Source: Chrysomallon squamiferum (lineage: Eukaryota; Animalia; Mollusca). Taken from it: a DNA stretch of 64,000 nt. The notes beneath the pieces were generated by a model. That model did not search any database. It was given only the letters and a program-made list of their open reading frames with translations, and was not told where the DNA came from. The position numbers and the translations under genes are program-made. Within the stretch, counting starts at the first letter, position 1. Each line of letters opens with the position of its first letter. Shown piece after piece: positions 13,635 to 26,005 of this stretch. The DNA lies in assembly GCA_012295275.1 (NCBI GenBank), contig CM022665.1:40920001-40984000 (forward strand), written 5' to 3'.

Positions 13635-14450
13635 GGTTGACTGGACAACAAGACAACAACACAAAACAAAAACACTCTGCATACAGGAACAGTCTTTATA
13701 GTTCAGTGGTTAGAACATTCATTTCAAACTAGCTAGATCAAGGAATGAGTTCTTCTGAATTCTGTATTTAACTGGACAACAGATCCAAACAAAAACACTT
13801 TGCACATACATGAACAGTCTGTAGTTTAATGGTTGGAATACGTTCTGAATATGCTGTAGTTTAGTGCTTAGAGGACAAGCCTGAATGAGAGAACATGGTA
13901 CATGTCCTTTTTAATATCACCACTGTTTTTTTTTTTTTTTTTTCGGTGTCTGTAACTCATTGATGAGACAGGCAAAGAAATGATAGGCTACAAGATCAGT
14001 TCTCCTTAATGCATTCATTGGGCAGTTTTACAGATCAAACTATAGCTTAGCAGAGGGGAAAAGTACATGTCACAGTGAATACAGAATCTGTCCTTATTAA
14101 TGTCACCACTGGGTTTTTTTCTGTGACTGTAACTCATTGATTAGACAGGCAGAGAAGTGATAGAAGATCGGTTCTCCTCAGTGTATTTATTGGGCAGTTT
14201 CATAGTTCAAGCTGCAGAGAAGGGAAGAAATCCCTGAAAGAGAAAATGCTTGGTCTGTCCTTATTAATGTCACCACTGGGCTTTGTTTTCTTTCTTCTTC
14301 TTCTTCTTTTTATTTTTTTTATTTTTTATTAGCTTAGTGATTAGATTGGTTAGAATTGATGGGTTACAAGATCAGTTCTCCATAGTGCACTCAATGGGCA
14401 TTTTCATAGTACAGGCTATAACTTAGAGACTTAATGAAAGGAGCCTGAAT
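13635..14450 (+). repeat. Local duplication and triplication of SINE-like sequence
   Basis: Two copies of actggacaac...aaacaaaaacact..gca...gaacagtct.tagtt.a.tggtt.gaa (A-box-like) at ~13640 and ~13772. Three copies of tgtcctt.ttaat.tcaccactg...aagatc.gttctcc...ttgggca.ttt start at ~13903, ~14089 and ~14256. Confidence 0.75.
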
Positions 14451-14731
14451 TTATAGGATTTAAGATTACGTTTTTCTTTGTGTACCATTGGACACCATGT
14501 TATGGTAGACTGTATTTTTTTATATCTTTTGGAAAACACATTATAAAAGATCCCATTTCTTTTTGTCAGTTTTACTAATCTTAGGGTTGCTCGAATTTTC
14601 TTTTATAATCAACTATATACACACAAATCTATACGTTTGACATTTAAGATGCATTGATATTAAAAATGTGTTGAAATGTTATTAAATATTCACTAACACA
14701 CATCAACCCATAGAGAAGGTAATAACCATAG

Positions 14732-14928
14732 CATCTCAAAATAACCTGTATTACCAGTATTGTCTATATTAATGTCTTTGCTAGTTTTCTGTTTGTGTAA
14801 GATCAAAATCAGTTTATAACTGCATGATAATTAAAAAAGAAAGGGAATAATGGTTGTTCCATCTCAAAATAACCTGTACTTGTATTGTCTATTGTTAATG
14901 TCTTTTTTAATTTTCTGTTCGTGTCATA
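14732..14928. repeat. Tandem duplication, ~128-bp period
   Basis: catctcaaaataacctgta...gtattgtctat..ttaatgtcttt occurs at 14732 and 14860. Confidence 0.85.
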
Positions 14929-16482
14929 CTGTTAGGATTAATTTAACAGAAATTGTACAAATGTTTAAAAATAAAAAAAATAAAACTGATTCATCTGTAT
15001 TATTTAAAAGAAATTTTTTATTATTTTTTTTAAAATAGTAAAATTAGTGCAGTTATTGTTGTTCTTGAATGTTGTTAGTTTATGTATGCAACTTTAAAAG
15101 AATTTTAATCATGTAAGATGTTCAGATGTGTTTGTAAAAACTGCATTACTTAGAACATATTATTAAAAATACAAACTTACACTGATATTTTAAAACAATT
15201 AAAGTAATAATAATTGAAGAAGAAGATTTTTAAAAAAAAAAAAAAATAACAACTGTGACATTACTTTAAAAATATCCTACAAAAAGAAGTTGTCTAAATA
15301 TTAAAAAAACAGGATTAACTGAGAGTATGCTTTTTATTTAAAAAAAAAAAATTTTAAATTAAATTAAATTAAATAAATAACAAAGATGGGATTACTTGGA
15401 GATCATTCTTGAAAGAAACAAACTTGACCGAATATTTACTTACAGTACATGCAGCTGAACAACAGAAAAATAAATCTGTTACTGATTCTGGCTTTATTGT
15501 GACCTCGTTTACAGTTTATTTCTAATTTGAGAAATATGTTTACAGTTCCACATTAATGTGAGGTATCATACATGATTTCTGAAAAGAAAAGCTTTACTGA
15601 TGTATGAAATAAACTAATTAATATTTATATTTAATCTAAATGATTTCTCTTATTTCTTTCTCCTTTCTCATATTTCTGATAAGATTTTAGATTGGAATCA
15701 GCAACCTTTGTAAAAATCCATTCTTTGTAATTGGATTTTTCATTTGATTATAAGACTGAGGGTTTCTGGTTCAAATCCTAGAAGAGACTTCTATTACTTT
15801 TTATTTTTTCTTTATTATTATTATTATTCTTTTTTATTCTTCATTATTATTTTTTTGATTATTGCTTTTATTATTGTTTCATTTGAATTATTTTATTATA
15901 ATAAAGGTCGTTTTCCTGGAATATTTGTATATTTATTTATTTATATTTAAAAAAAAAAATATATATATATACATATATATCTATTTTTTTCTTATTAACA
16001 AAACCATGCATATTGGCCACTTTTCCAATCTTAAGTCAATATACCCAAAATAATCTTCAAACTGAAAAATTTGGCATTTATTTGCCTTGACAGTTTGTTG
16101 TATTAATTTATTCATTTTCTTTTATTGTTTGTGACCAATTACAATAACCTGAAACAGTTATAAATAATTTAGTAGTACCAGGCAACAAATGGTGCTCTTA
16201 ATATGAAAATCATTACCTTACTGGAAAGCTTAATTGTTGTTTTATGATCCTGTCACTAAAAGGTGGACAATCTAAACAGAATTATTGTTTTGATCATGAA
16301 GGACAAGAAATAACACATGTTCCTAGGAATAACACTAGGAGATCTAATAAGTTGGTGTGATGGTTTTTTTGTTTTGTTACTTTGAAAACTTGTGAAACTA
16401 AAATTGTAACTGAAATCTGGTATTTTTTTCTAAAATGGTTGTACATAAATGAATGTAATCAACATATATTTCTGGAGGGCTT

Positions 16483-16493
16483 TTTATTATTAC

Positions 16494-16524
<31 letters not shown>

Positions 16525-16566
16525 AGTGTTATTATTTTTATTATTATTTGGTTTTACTATTATTAG

Positions 16567-16603
<37 letters not shown>

Positions 16604-16631
16604 TTCTTATTTTTTTCTTATTTTATTTATA

Positions 16632-16662
<31 letters not shown>
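16483..16662. repeat. Compound (TTG)n/(TTA)n/(TA)n microsatellite
   Basis: Directly visible. Confidence 0.95.
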
Positions 16663-17499
16663 TTAATCAGAGGGTTAAAAATAAGATTTATTTATTCTTT
16701 TTCTTTTTCTTTTTTCTTAATTCAGAATTAATATCATATAATGATATATATAAAAAACTAAATTAATCAAAAAAAAAGAACTATTTTTAATTCAAAAGCT
16801 CTTATCACCCTTGTAAAATTACTGTTTCCATTACTTATCTGGATCCAGTGTATCTAACGCCATGCCAGGTTATCAAACACACTTACTGCCAGACTCTTCT
16901 TTGTGTTCAGTTCCTTGCTGCCAAACACATCACTGGCGGTGAAAGCTTCTTACAAAATGGAAGAGTTATGACAGTCGGGTGACAAGTTATAATTGAAGCT
17001 GGTATTAAGTGTCACAGATGGATATGAAGAGATAGGTGATGATGACCATTTCCAATTTGTATAGCAGGCTGGGCAACTTCCTGAGTTATTTCTCCATGAT
17101 GAAATAAATCTTAATCATTTTATTCCATCAATTTCCTCCTGTCCTTAAGCCAGGCCACAGATATATATATGGGGGTCATTTTTTACATCACTGGATTGCA
17201 TTATCTGCATGCGTGCTAGAGACGCTTAAGTCACATAACAGCTTTTCTAAGATATTGAGCTGGTTATAGAGACGAACGCAGGTTACGGGGAGGCAGGCAT
17301 GTTTCAATGTATCTTTGGCAGTTGGGTGCTAAAATGTTGTCCACACTGAAGGTCAGAGTTTTCCACAGTTGCTGTAGATCATGTTACATGCTGAGCACCA
17401 TTAATACACAAGACTTGACACGTGATAACTCATAACGTCAGTCAAATACCAAGAATTGATGACAGTGTTGTTGGCAGCTCACTTCTCATGAGTGCCCCT

Positions 17500-18155
17500 C
17501 ATATCTCAGTTTTCATACATTAAACCAGATTTCACACTGTTTCACATAAGGACTGAATATTCGGTCACCTGTGGCATCCTGACTATGAATATCTGGTCAT
17601 GAAACCCAGTTTCACATAAGGACTTTGAATATCTGGTCACCCCTCATATCCTGATTTTCAACTATGAAACCAGATTTCACACTGTTTAAAATAAGGAATA
17701 TAAATATCTGTTAGCCCTCATATCCTGGTTTTCTTACATGAAACCAGGTTTCACAGTTTCACATAAGGACTATGAATATCTGGTCACCCCTCATATCCTG
17801 ATTTTCATCTATGAAACCAGATTTCACACTGTTTAAAATAAGGAATATAAATATCTGTTAGCCCTCGTATCCTGGTTTTCTTACATGAAACCAGGTTTCA
17901 CAGTTTCACATAAGGACTATGAATATCTGGTCACCCCTCATATCCTGATTTTCAACTATGAAACCAGATTTCACACTGTTTAAAATAAGGAATATAAATA
18001 TCTGTTAGCCCTCGTATCCTGGTTTTCTTACATGAAACCAGGTTTCACAGTTTCACATAAGGACTATGAATATCTGGTCACCCCTCATATCCTGATTTTC
18101 ATCTATGAAACCAGATTTCACACTGTTTAAAATAAGGAATATAAATATCTGGTCT
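17500..18155. repeat. Higher-order tandem repeat: 147-bp unit made of related 74-bp and 73-bp monomers
   Basis: Monomer starts (catatcc/cgtatcc) at 17645, 17719, 17792, 17866, 17939, 18013 and 18086. A and B variants alternate. Degenerate copies lie at 17500-17640. Confidence 0.97.
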
Positions 18156-18204
18156 ATATTACAGTAAGTTTGCTGAATGAAAATTGCTATATTTTCCTAA
18201 TTAC

Positions 18205-18400
18205 ACTATTTGGTTATTCCACTTGACATCCTGTCACTAAGTTATTAAAGGGTGTGCATGCTTTCTCATCCACCATGTAAATGATGTGTTGCTGCTAAAT
18301 GACATTAATAGCCCATGCAAGTTTCCTGTGTTGTATAATCATTATAATTATATAAAAAAATAACTGCCAGTTAATGACAGTGGTATTACTGAGCATCAGC
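18205..18400 (+). mobile_element. tRNA-derived SINE remnant (core segment)
   Basis: atgtaaatgatgtgttgctgctaa...tagcccatg..gtttcc is related to other in-window copies (51440-51495, 33975-34060) and to a recalled gastropod SINE core (aaagatcccttgctgctaa...tagcccatg...gggtttcc). Confidence 0.5.
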
Positions 18401-19424
18401 CATTCAGTTATCCTAAGCCATTTTTTTTGTACACATCTATGACTGTCTTCATTTAAATTCAGGTCAGTTCACTAAGATGAAGTCTGGAAACTTTATATGG
18501 TGTGCCAGTCCAACCACTGTTGTCTTTAATCTGGTACAGAGTCTGTATTTTAAATCATCAACTTCAGGTTTAATTGTCAATAATGAGACTTGTCTGCTGC
18601 ATTAAGTCAAGTATCACTGAACAAGGCGAGTCAGTTATACCAGATCATGATTTACAAGTTAAATGTGTCTGCTTGAGAAACAGGTCATCATGAAATTGTA
18701 TACTATTTAATTTTATACATGCTGTGTTTGTATCAAACTGATTTTGTCTTCGTCCATCCAGAGGTTTTATATTTGGCATGTTAATTCATTCATTTAAGAA
18801 TACAATTGTTGAAGATTAATTAGCACATTCAAATTTTTATTCACATTTTCATTAAATATTCATCAAATATATGTGTGTATTAATTAATTGTAATTATGAT
18901 GAATATTCATGATCAGTTAATTATTTCCTGAATTCTGCATGTTACTGGTGAGGTCACATATTTCATAATAGACTTGAAATGAGAGATAGAAAATATTCGT
19001 TTACATCTTAGCTGTGACCTAGCGGATCGTCTTCTAATCAGATTCTGTAGAAAGATTCTGCAAATTGACTGAAAGGGTGGACTTGGTATCTAAGAACATG
19101 ATGGCAACATGCTTGACACTGTTTTCTGAGAGACATTTTAAACACTGGGCTCTCCATTTTCTCTTCTGATCAAACAGCCCTGAGACAGTATCACTGAAAA
19201 ATCAAATAAAATAATAATCATAAAACACTGCAGCAATTCGTGATAATGGAGGTAAAGAACCTTCTTTCTCCATTTTGTTTGCCCATTGTTTTTTCAGTGA
19301 ATGGTCAGGGCAGTGTCCTGCATGAAGGAAGTACCCGAGAGTCAGATAATGGTGAAGAGTGTTTTGTTGCAAGATAAATGATAATGGAAGTTCCTAGTAT
19401 TGTGTACATAGAGTGGGTGTTTTT

Positions 19425-20430
19425 TTTTTTTACATACAGAGATAATTATCTGTGTAGATAGGTCAATGAGTCACATGAGATATCATTCTTAGTAGTACAT
19501 GGTTACATTTTCAGCACAAAGACTCTTGTTAGCTCCTTTCATATTGTATAGGTATAAATCTGTTGTGTGATATTTTTTTTTTTTTCATATGGAGATAATT
19601 AACTCTGTAATTAGGTCAATAAGTCAGATGAAAAATCATTCTTTTAGTACATTGCTAAAAACTACAACAAGAAAGCTGTTGTTAGCTATACTTAGATATA
19701 GCACAACTAATTCAGTTTTTTTTATTTTTTTTTTTTTTTTCATATAGACATAATTATACCTCTGTAGATGGGTCACAGAACCGTATGAAAAATCATTTTG
19801 GTTGTACATGGTTATGTCTACAATTTTAAGACTGTTATTAGTTTTTCTCATTGTGTAGGAATAAGACCATAAATTGGTTCTTTTTTCCATATAAACATAA
19901 TTTTCTGGGTCATTCTTGGCTGTACATGGTTAAGTTTTCAGTTGCAAAATTGTTATTATTAGTTTCTCTCACTGCACAAGAATATGAAAACTAAATCGGT
20001 TATTTTTTCCATATAGACATAATTATCTTTACAGATAGTCACTGAATCAGATGAAATATCATTCTTAGTAGTGCTTGGCTAAGTCTTCATTAAGGTTGTT
20101 ATTATTGCTATATTCACACTGTTTAGGTATAAGACAAGTAAATCATCAGTTTTATTTTCCATATAGACATAATTATCCGTGGTCATTGAGTGAAAAGAAA
20201 AATCATTTTTCTTTGGACATGGCTAAGTCTGTGCTGTTAAAATGGTTATTAACTTAACTCATTGTGTAGATAGATATAAGTCCATGAATCAGTTATTTTT
20301 TCCATGTAGACATATAATTATCTATACAGACAGTCACCAAGTCAGATGAAATATCATTATTGTTGTACATGGCTAAATCTTCAGTTGTAAAACTGTCATT
20401 AGCTTATATGAATAAGACATCTAAATCATT
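19425..20430. repeat. Degenerate ~120-155-bp tandem array, ~7 copies
   Basis: ccatatagacataattat...tcattctt...tacatggtta/ctaa units near 19432, 19586, 19741, 19887, 20009, 20159 and 20302. Confidence 0.9.
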
Positions 20431-20926
20431 TTTTTCTTTCTAATTAAATCTCTAACACTAAGTGGTCAGATGGTTAACATTACTGTCCAGTATAACTGTT
20501 TTAACCTGTCCACAACTCAGCCAATTGGTTAGACTGATGACAAAATCTGCGAAGAACTGTCACATTCGTTTTTCTCAGTACTGCTGCTGAATGTTATCCC
20601 AATCCAACCACTGTTCCATTCTTACATAACAAAGTTTATAATTTTTTTTTTTTTTTCTTTGCGATGCATATAAGAATTTCTACAAATAAGAAAATGTAAC
20701 CAGATTTTCTAAAGACAGTGTCAAGACTGATCAGATGTTTGGCACATTTTAGCTGGTAACCGAAAATTAATCAATTTGTTCTAGCAGTGTTGTTAAACAA
20801 AACAAACGTGTTAAAACTTTCCTTATCTAAATCTAATCTAGCATAATAGAGTGTTTTCTAGTATTTCTAGAGTTGGGTGGTTTGTTTTTAATTTATAGTT
20901 TTGTTCTTTGATTTAAATTTTTAAAA

Positions 20927-20957
<31 letters not shown>

Positions 20958-22977
20958 GGAAATGGGTATTTTGTTCTGTTTGTATGTATGTGTACATGCC
21001 CATAGATTCTTGTAGATATATGTATTCTAAACATTTTGATTATTATTTTTAATAATAATATTTAAATATTTCATTAATATTAATTTTCTTTTCTTTTTTT
21101 TTAATTGCCCAAAGCTGAAAGTTTTTTTTTTTTTTTTTTGTTTAAGTCAGTCAATTTTTAAACTTACTCCCATATTTATATCCAATTAACGTATTTTACT
21201 TAATCGTACATTGCCTATACCAGAATACTATTAATGGTTATACAGGACTTGCATGGTCAGCTTTAGGCAGAGCTTGGCACAGATAGTACTGGGTCTAATG
21301 ACATAACGATCAAACCAGAACAAACTACAACACTTGAGGCATTTTCCTGCATGTGGGTGTAACAATGCTTACTGAAGTCATTATTTCAGAAGTGTGGTTC
21401 CCTTCAGGAAGTCCTCATTTAGGTCAGGGTTTCATATTTCTGGTTATAAAGACACGGAGATGACACCTCCACAACTAGGAGTAGTTCTGTGTGCTAATTA
21501 ATAGGTGCGAATGTGATTTAGGGTGACATGTTTAATACCCTCGCACCCAGAGTTAGAACAGTGAGGTCATTGATCTCATCTTGTTAAGAAAGTAGAAACC
21601 TACTGACCTCATAAACTGAAAGAATGTGTCTTAGTAAGAGTACAACATGTCAAAAGAATGTCTAAAATAACATGTGAAAAGACTATCCTGTTAAAGGTTA
21701 CAAAATAACACACATACAAGTTAAAAGAATATCATGACATAAAAATGACAAATAATAAAAACTGTGACATTTTTCTTTCTTTTTGGAGGAATAAAAAAAT
21801 TGAGTTAATGCCCTTTGAAAAAGCAAAGTCAGTGACCTTATTAATTAAAAATAAAAATAAAATGGCCATAGCTAGTTCAAAAGAAATAAAAAATCTACAT
21901 ATATTTAATGAGTATCTCCGTATAAATTCAAAAGACTAATCTTATTTGATAATGGACGGATTTAAAAAAAAAAAAGAACATGGATGAAAGACAATTTCAA
22001 TTAATGCCCACCACACCATGATTGTAAATGACAGAAAAAACAAGTCACTGATTTTAAAAACTGAAATAATATTCCCACGTATAAAATAATAACATTAATC
22101 TGTGATATGTATTCAGATGTATATCTACATCTTATCCATCTGTCTGTCTGTCTTTCTGTCTTTCTGTCTATTTATTATTAAAATAAGTGTAGTTAACTAA
22201 ATCTGTGCTAGGTACAATATCAACAAAATTTACATTATATATATAAAATACAAAGAATGAAACTGGAAACTCCATAGCAAAAAAAGATATTTTGTGCTAA
22301 AACATTTGAAAAAAAAAAAAAAAAAAATAAAATAATCCATCACATGAGCTAAAACATTGCATTGATCTTGTCATAAAGTCCTTAACAAAAACCAGGGTAA
22401 TGTTGAAAGAATTTAAAAAAAAATAAAATAACAAAAAATAAAATTAAACAAAAAAGCCCCCATGCACTGATACACAAATATTAGCCTTATAGACACACAG
22501 ATGTTATTAACACATTTTTCATATTTTCACTATTTTCTTTAAAAATAACCTTTCTTCAACAAGTTCTTTTTCTTTTCTTTTTCTTCCTTCAAGCTTTTTT
22601 TTTATTATTATTTTTTTGATATGTATATATAAATATGACTGGCTATTTTTGTAATTCTTCAGTTGTATTTAGACTCAGAGCATCTGGGCTTTGATTATAT
22701 GGTCTTCAATCTAATTCGATACACGTTAGGTTTGATATCATTTCAGCATTATCGTATTCCATTTTGTAATTGCATAGCAAGCTCTTGTGTGTAGCCTTGA
22801 TAGGATTGCCCAATTCTGCTGACTGGCCAACTTGGTCTTGCATAAGATTTCCATTGTGATGACCAATATACAATTTCAAGAGGCTCAGTCGTTGGGTTTA
22901 AGTGAAGAGTGCAGCTCCTGAGTATTACTGTCAATTTGATAGCCCAAGTAGGAAGTGAGGAATGTAGGCCATCTTGT

Positions 22978-23730
22978 TTAAATCTTTCAAGAAGGGTACC
23001 AGTGAATGTTGTTAATAGAGAGATAGAGAGTCTATTGTAGGGGAATGATTTAAAAAAAAAAAAAATCACTGAGTTTCTGTCCTTGTTGTCAAAATGGAAA
23101 TACAGAATACATATGGAGAAACATTTTAATTGTTATTGTTGGGGTTTTTTTTTTTTTTTTTTTTGTTTATGTTTTTTTTTTTTTTTTTTTTTTTTCAATC
23201 TTTGAAGCTGTGTCCTAATTGTGAAAATGGAGATGTAGAGTACATATTGAGAATTTATTTTTTTTTTTTTTTTTTATTTTTTTGTCAAAATGAGATAAAA
23301 GAGTACATAATATTATTGGATAATTATATTTTTAATTTTGTTTTTAAAAATGTCTACTTGAATGTTGTCAGTATGGAGATAATGTATAATATTATGGGAA
23401 AACTAATTTTTAATTGTATTTTTAAATCCTGGCACAGTTTTATATTTATCAAAATGGAGATACAGAGTATATCATATTATGTTTAAATTATTTATTTTTA
23501 AATCTTTGAAGTTGTGACATAGTGAATGTTATCAGTATGGAGATAGATAAAGTGTATATATAGGGAAATTTTTTTTTTTTAATTTTAATTTTAAATCTTT
23601 AAAATAGTTATCCACTGGATGTTGTCAAAATAGAGATTTATGTATGGGGAAATTATTTTTATTTTTTTTTAATCTTTGAAACCATGTTTCAGTGAATCTT
23701 GTCAGTATAGACATACAGATTATATACTTA
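22978..23730. repeat. Degenerate tandem array with poly-T spacers
   Basis: aaatctttgaa...tgaatgttgtca(aa/gt)atggagata.agagta...gggaaa units repeated about nine times. Confidence 0.85.
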
Positions 23731-24544
23731 TATTTTATTTTTAAAACCTTTTTGCTCAAAAAGTTACTTAACAACTGAAATAGGAGTTGTTAAAATAGGA
23801 TACAGGGTTTTAAGAAATTTTTGTTCCATCTACAGATCTAGGGTAAATGTGAAAATGATTTTTAATTTAATAATTTTTTAAAGCTGTAAACAAATACTGA
23901 AAATAAATAAACCAAAAAAAAAAAAAAAAATCCACCCACATAAATAACTTAATTTCCAAAGCTTTGCAGTGTCATAATGTTTTTACCTTCCTGTGTCTGT
24001 AGTTAAAAGTCAAGAGTTATAAGAAAAAATTATCTTACTTTATGACTGGCAACTAAAAGGAATTCTTCAAGATGCAACATTAAATCATTGAAATACTTAC
24101 ACAGCTAAAAGGCTTGTTATAAAGAGTAGCTAATAGAAACAGCTGTTTGTTTTTTTTTTTCTGGTGTAAGAGACTTTGTGTTTCTTGGAGTGGAATTATG
24201 TTGCGGAATGTCAGGATTTAATGAAGTATTATTAAAAGAACTAAGGCTTCACACAGTAAGGTATATGAACATTAATTTGTTTTGGCTGCCAAATAAAAGC
24301 AGTCAGTTATTTTGGATTGTGCTCTGAGTGTTGAGTTCTTGGTTGACAAGCTGTAGGTTGGAAGTTCAGTTCCCTTGATCATTATCTGTCTATACAAACA
24401 TACATATTTAGACAGACAGACAGACAGAGACATACCCACTGTTGCCTTTTTGCTATTGTTGTTGGTGTCATTGTTATAATTATGGCTATTATCTACAAAA
24501 AAAAAAATAATAACAATTTGTAGTCATGGTGTCACTTTTTTTTT

Positions 24545-24685
24545 TGGATTGATTCATTAGGCTATTTCTAATATCCACCACTGCACCATAAAGGCTGTGA
24601 CAGTAGTTTTTCCAGTCTGTTGAAAAAAAAATCTAAAAATTAATTAAAACTTTCTTGTTGATATAAGTGAAAGTGACCCCACGAT
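24545..24685 (+). mobile_element. tRNA-derived SINE remnant
   Basis: cattaggctatttct...ccactgcaccat.aaaggctgtg...ccagtctgt resembles the same recalled SINE core (cattgggctatttctcgttccagccagtgcaccac...aaaggccgtgg). Confidence 0.5.
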
Positions 24686-25844
24686 ACTAGATTTTGTTTT
24701 CTCTTTCAAATAAGGCAAATATGTATTACTTATCTTCACAAATGTCCATTAAAAGAATTAAAAAAAAAAATGAAAATAGAGGTTTCATTCATTTAGTACA
24801 GGTCAGAAAAATTGTTGAGCAGAAATGAACAAATAGAATGATTATTCTTAGTGCAATTTTTGTTTTGTGCAAATTGCATTTTGTGATCAAACCAAATGAT
24901 GTATGCTACTGATCAATTATGTTCTTTTATGTGATCCAACTCCGCATACACCAAAAACGATACATGCATTTAGATGACAATGTCAAGCTTAGAAATCATA
25001 GACTACCCAAATGTGTGGTTTTTTTTTTTCTTGAGTAACAGAAAGAGAAAATAAGTGTTTTTGAGGTCTACATCAATCTCTCATTTTTTTTCTTTTCTTT
25101 TCTTTTCTGTTTTAATTCTTTTTTTTCTTTTTTTTTCTTTTTTTTTTTAACTTGAAAGTCAATAGTGCAATAGATTCTGAAGCAAAAACACAGAAAACCA
25201 TAACTGACTGAATAACAATTCAGGCGATTAACTTTAAAACCTAACAATATGTTTGTTTAATCGACACAGGCAGCTTCAGAGACATTACTGGGCAATATAT
25301 CAGATTATAAATACACAGAACTAATTCAGATGGAATCTTTCATCTCTTCAGCATTCATTGTTTTTCTAGCAGGAATGCCTTTTTCAATGGTTTTTGTCAT
25401 TTTAGTGGATAAATATGACTTGCCTATAGACAAACTCTGATTAAAGGAACTCGGCTGACCAGCTTTTTGGCACTTACTCGAATTGCCAGCCAGAGATAAG
25501 GGAATTGGTTATTGCTTTCAACAAATTTGTGCAGCTGTATGGAGCATTAGGTATTCTTATTTCCATTTAATTCTCCAAACTCTTACACAGGAATCTGATC
25601 GGGATCAGTGCTGGAAAGTCTGCCTTAGATGCTCTGCTTTGGACACATTATTTCTGGTGGGAATTCATTCCTGTTGATGCCTTAAACATTGTTTTTTTTT
25701 TTTTTTTGTTTTTTTTCATTTCATCCCTTATTTTGTTTATTTTCATGTTCCATCTGGTGGAGATTTTCTCCTGCCAACTTTCTGACATTATAATGAATGT
25801 TTAATGATATCTCACGTATTAATGGTTATTTGGCATGCATCACG

Positions 25845-26005
25845 TTTACATTTTATTCATGATTAATTGGCATCAGATATTTACATTTTATTCATGATTA
25901 ACAGGGTTGAGACTTTTACATTTTATTCATGGTTAAATGGCATCAACTTTACATTTTATTCATGGTTATTTTGACATCATATGTCTATATTTTATTTATG
26001 GTTGT
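25845..26005. repeat. ~33-35-bp minisatellite, ~5 copies
   Basis: tttacattttattcatg(a/g)tta repeated. Confidence 0.88.

Noticed and set aside
15715-15790. Possible tRNA gene (B-box ggttcaaatcc at ~15768)
   Set aside because: No A-box or cloverleaf can be built. At most a decayed SINE or tRNA fragment.
22749-23069. 106-aa minus-strand ORF with ordinary composition
   Set aside because: No ATG start, no recognisable motif, and its 5' part lies in a tandem array.
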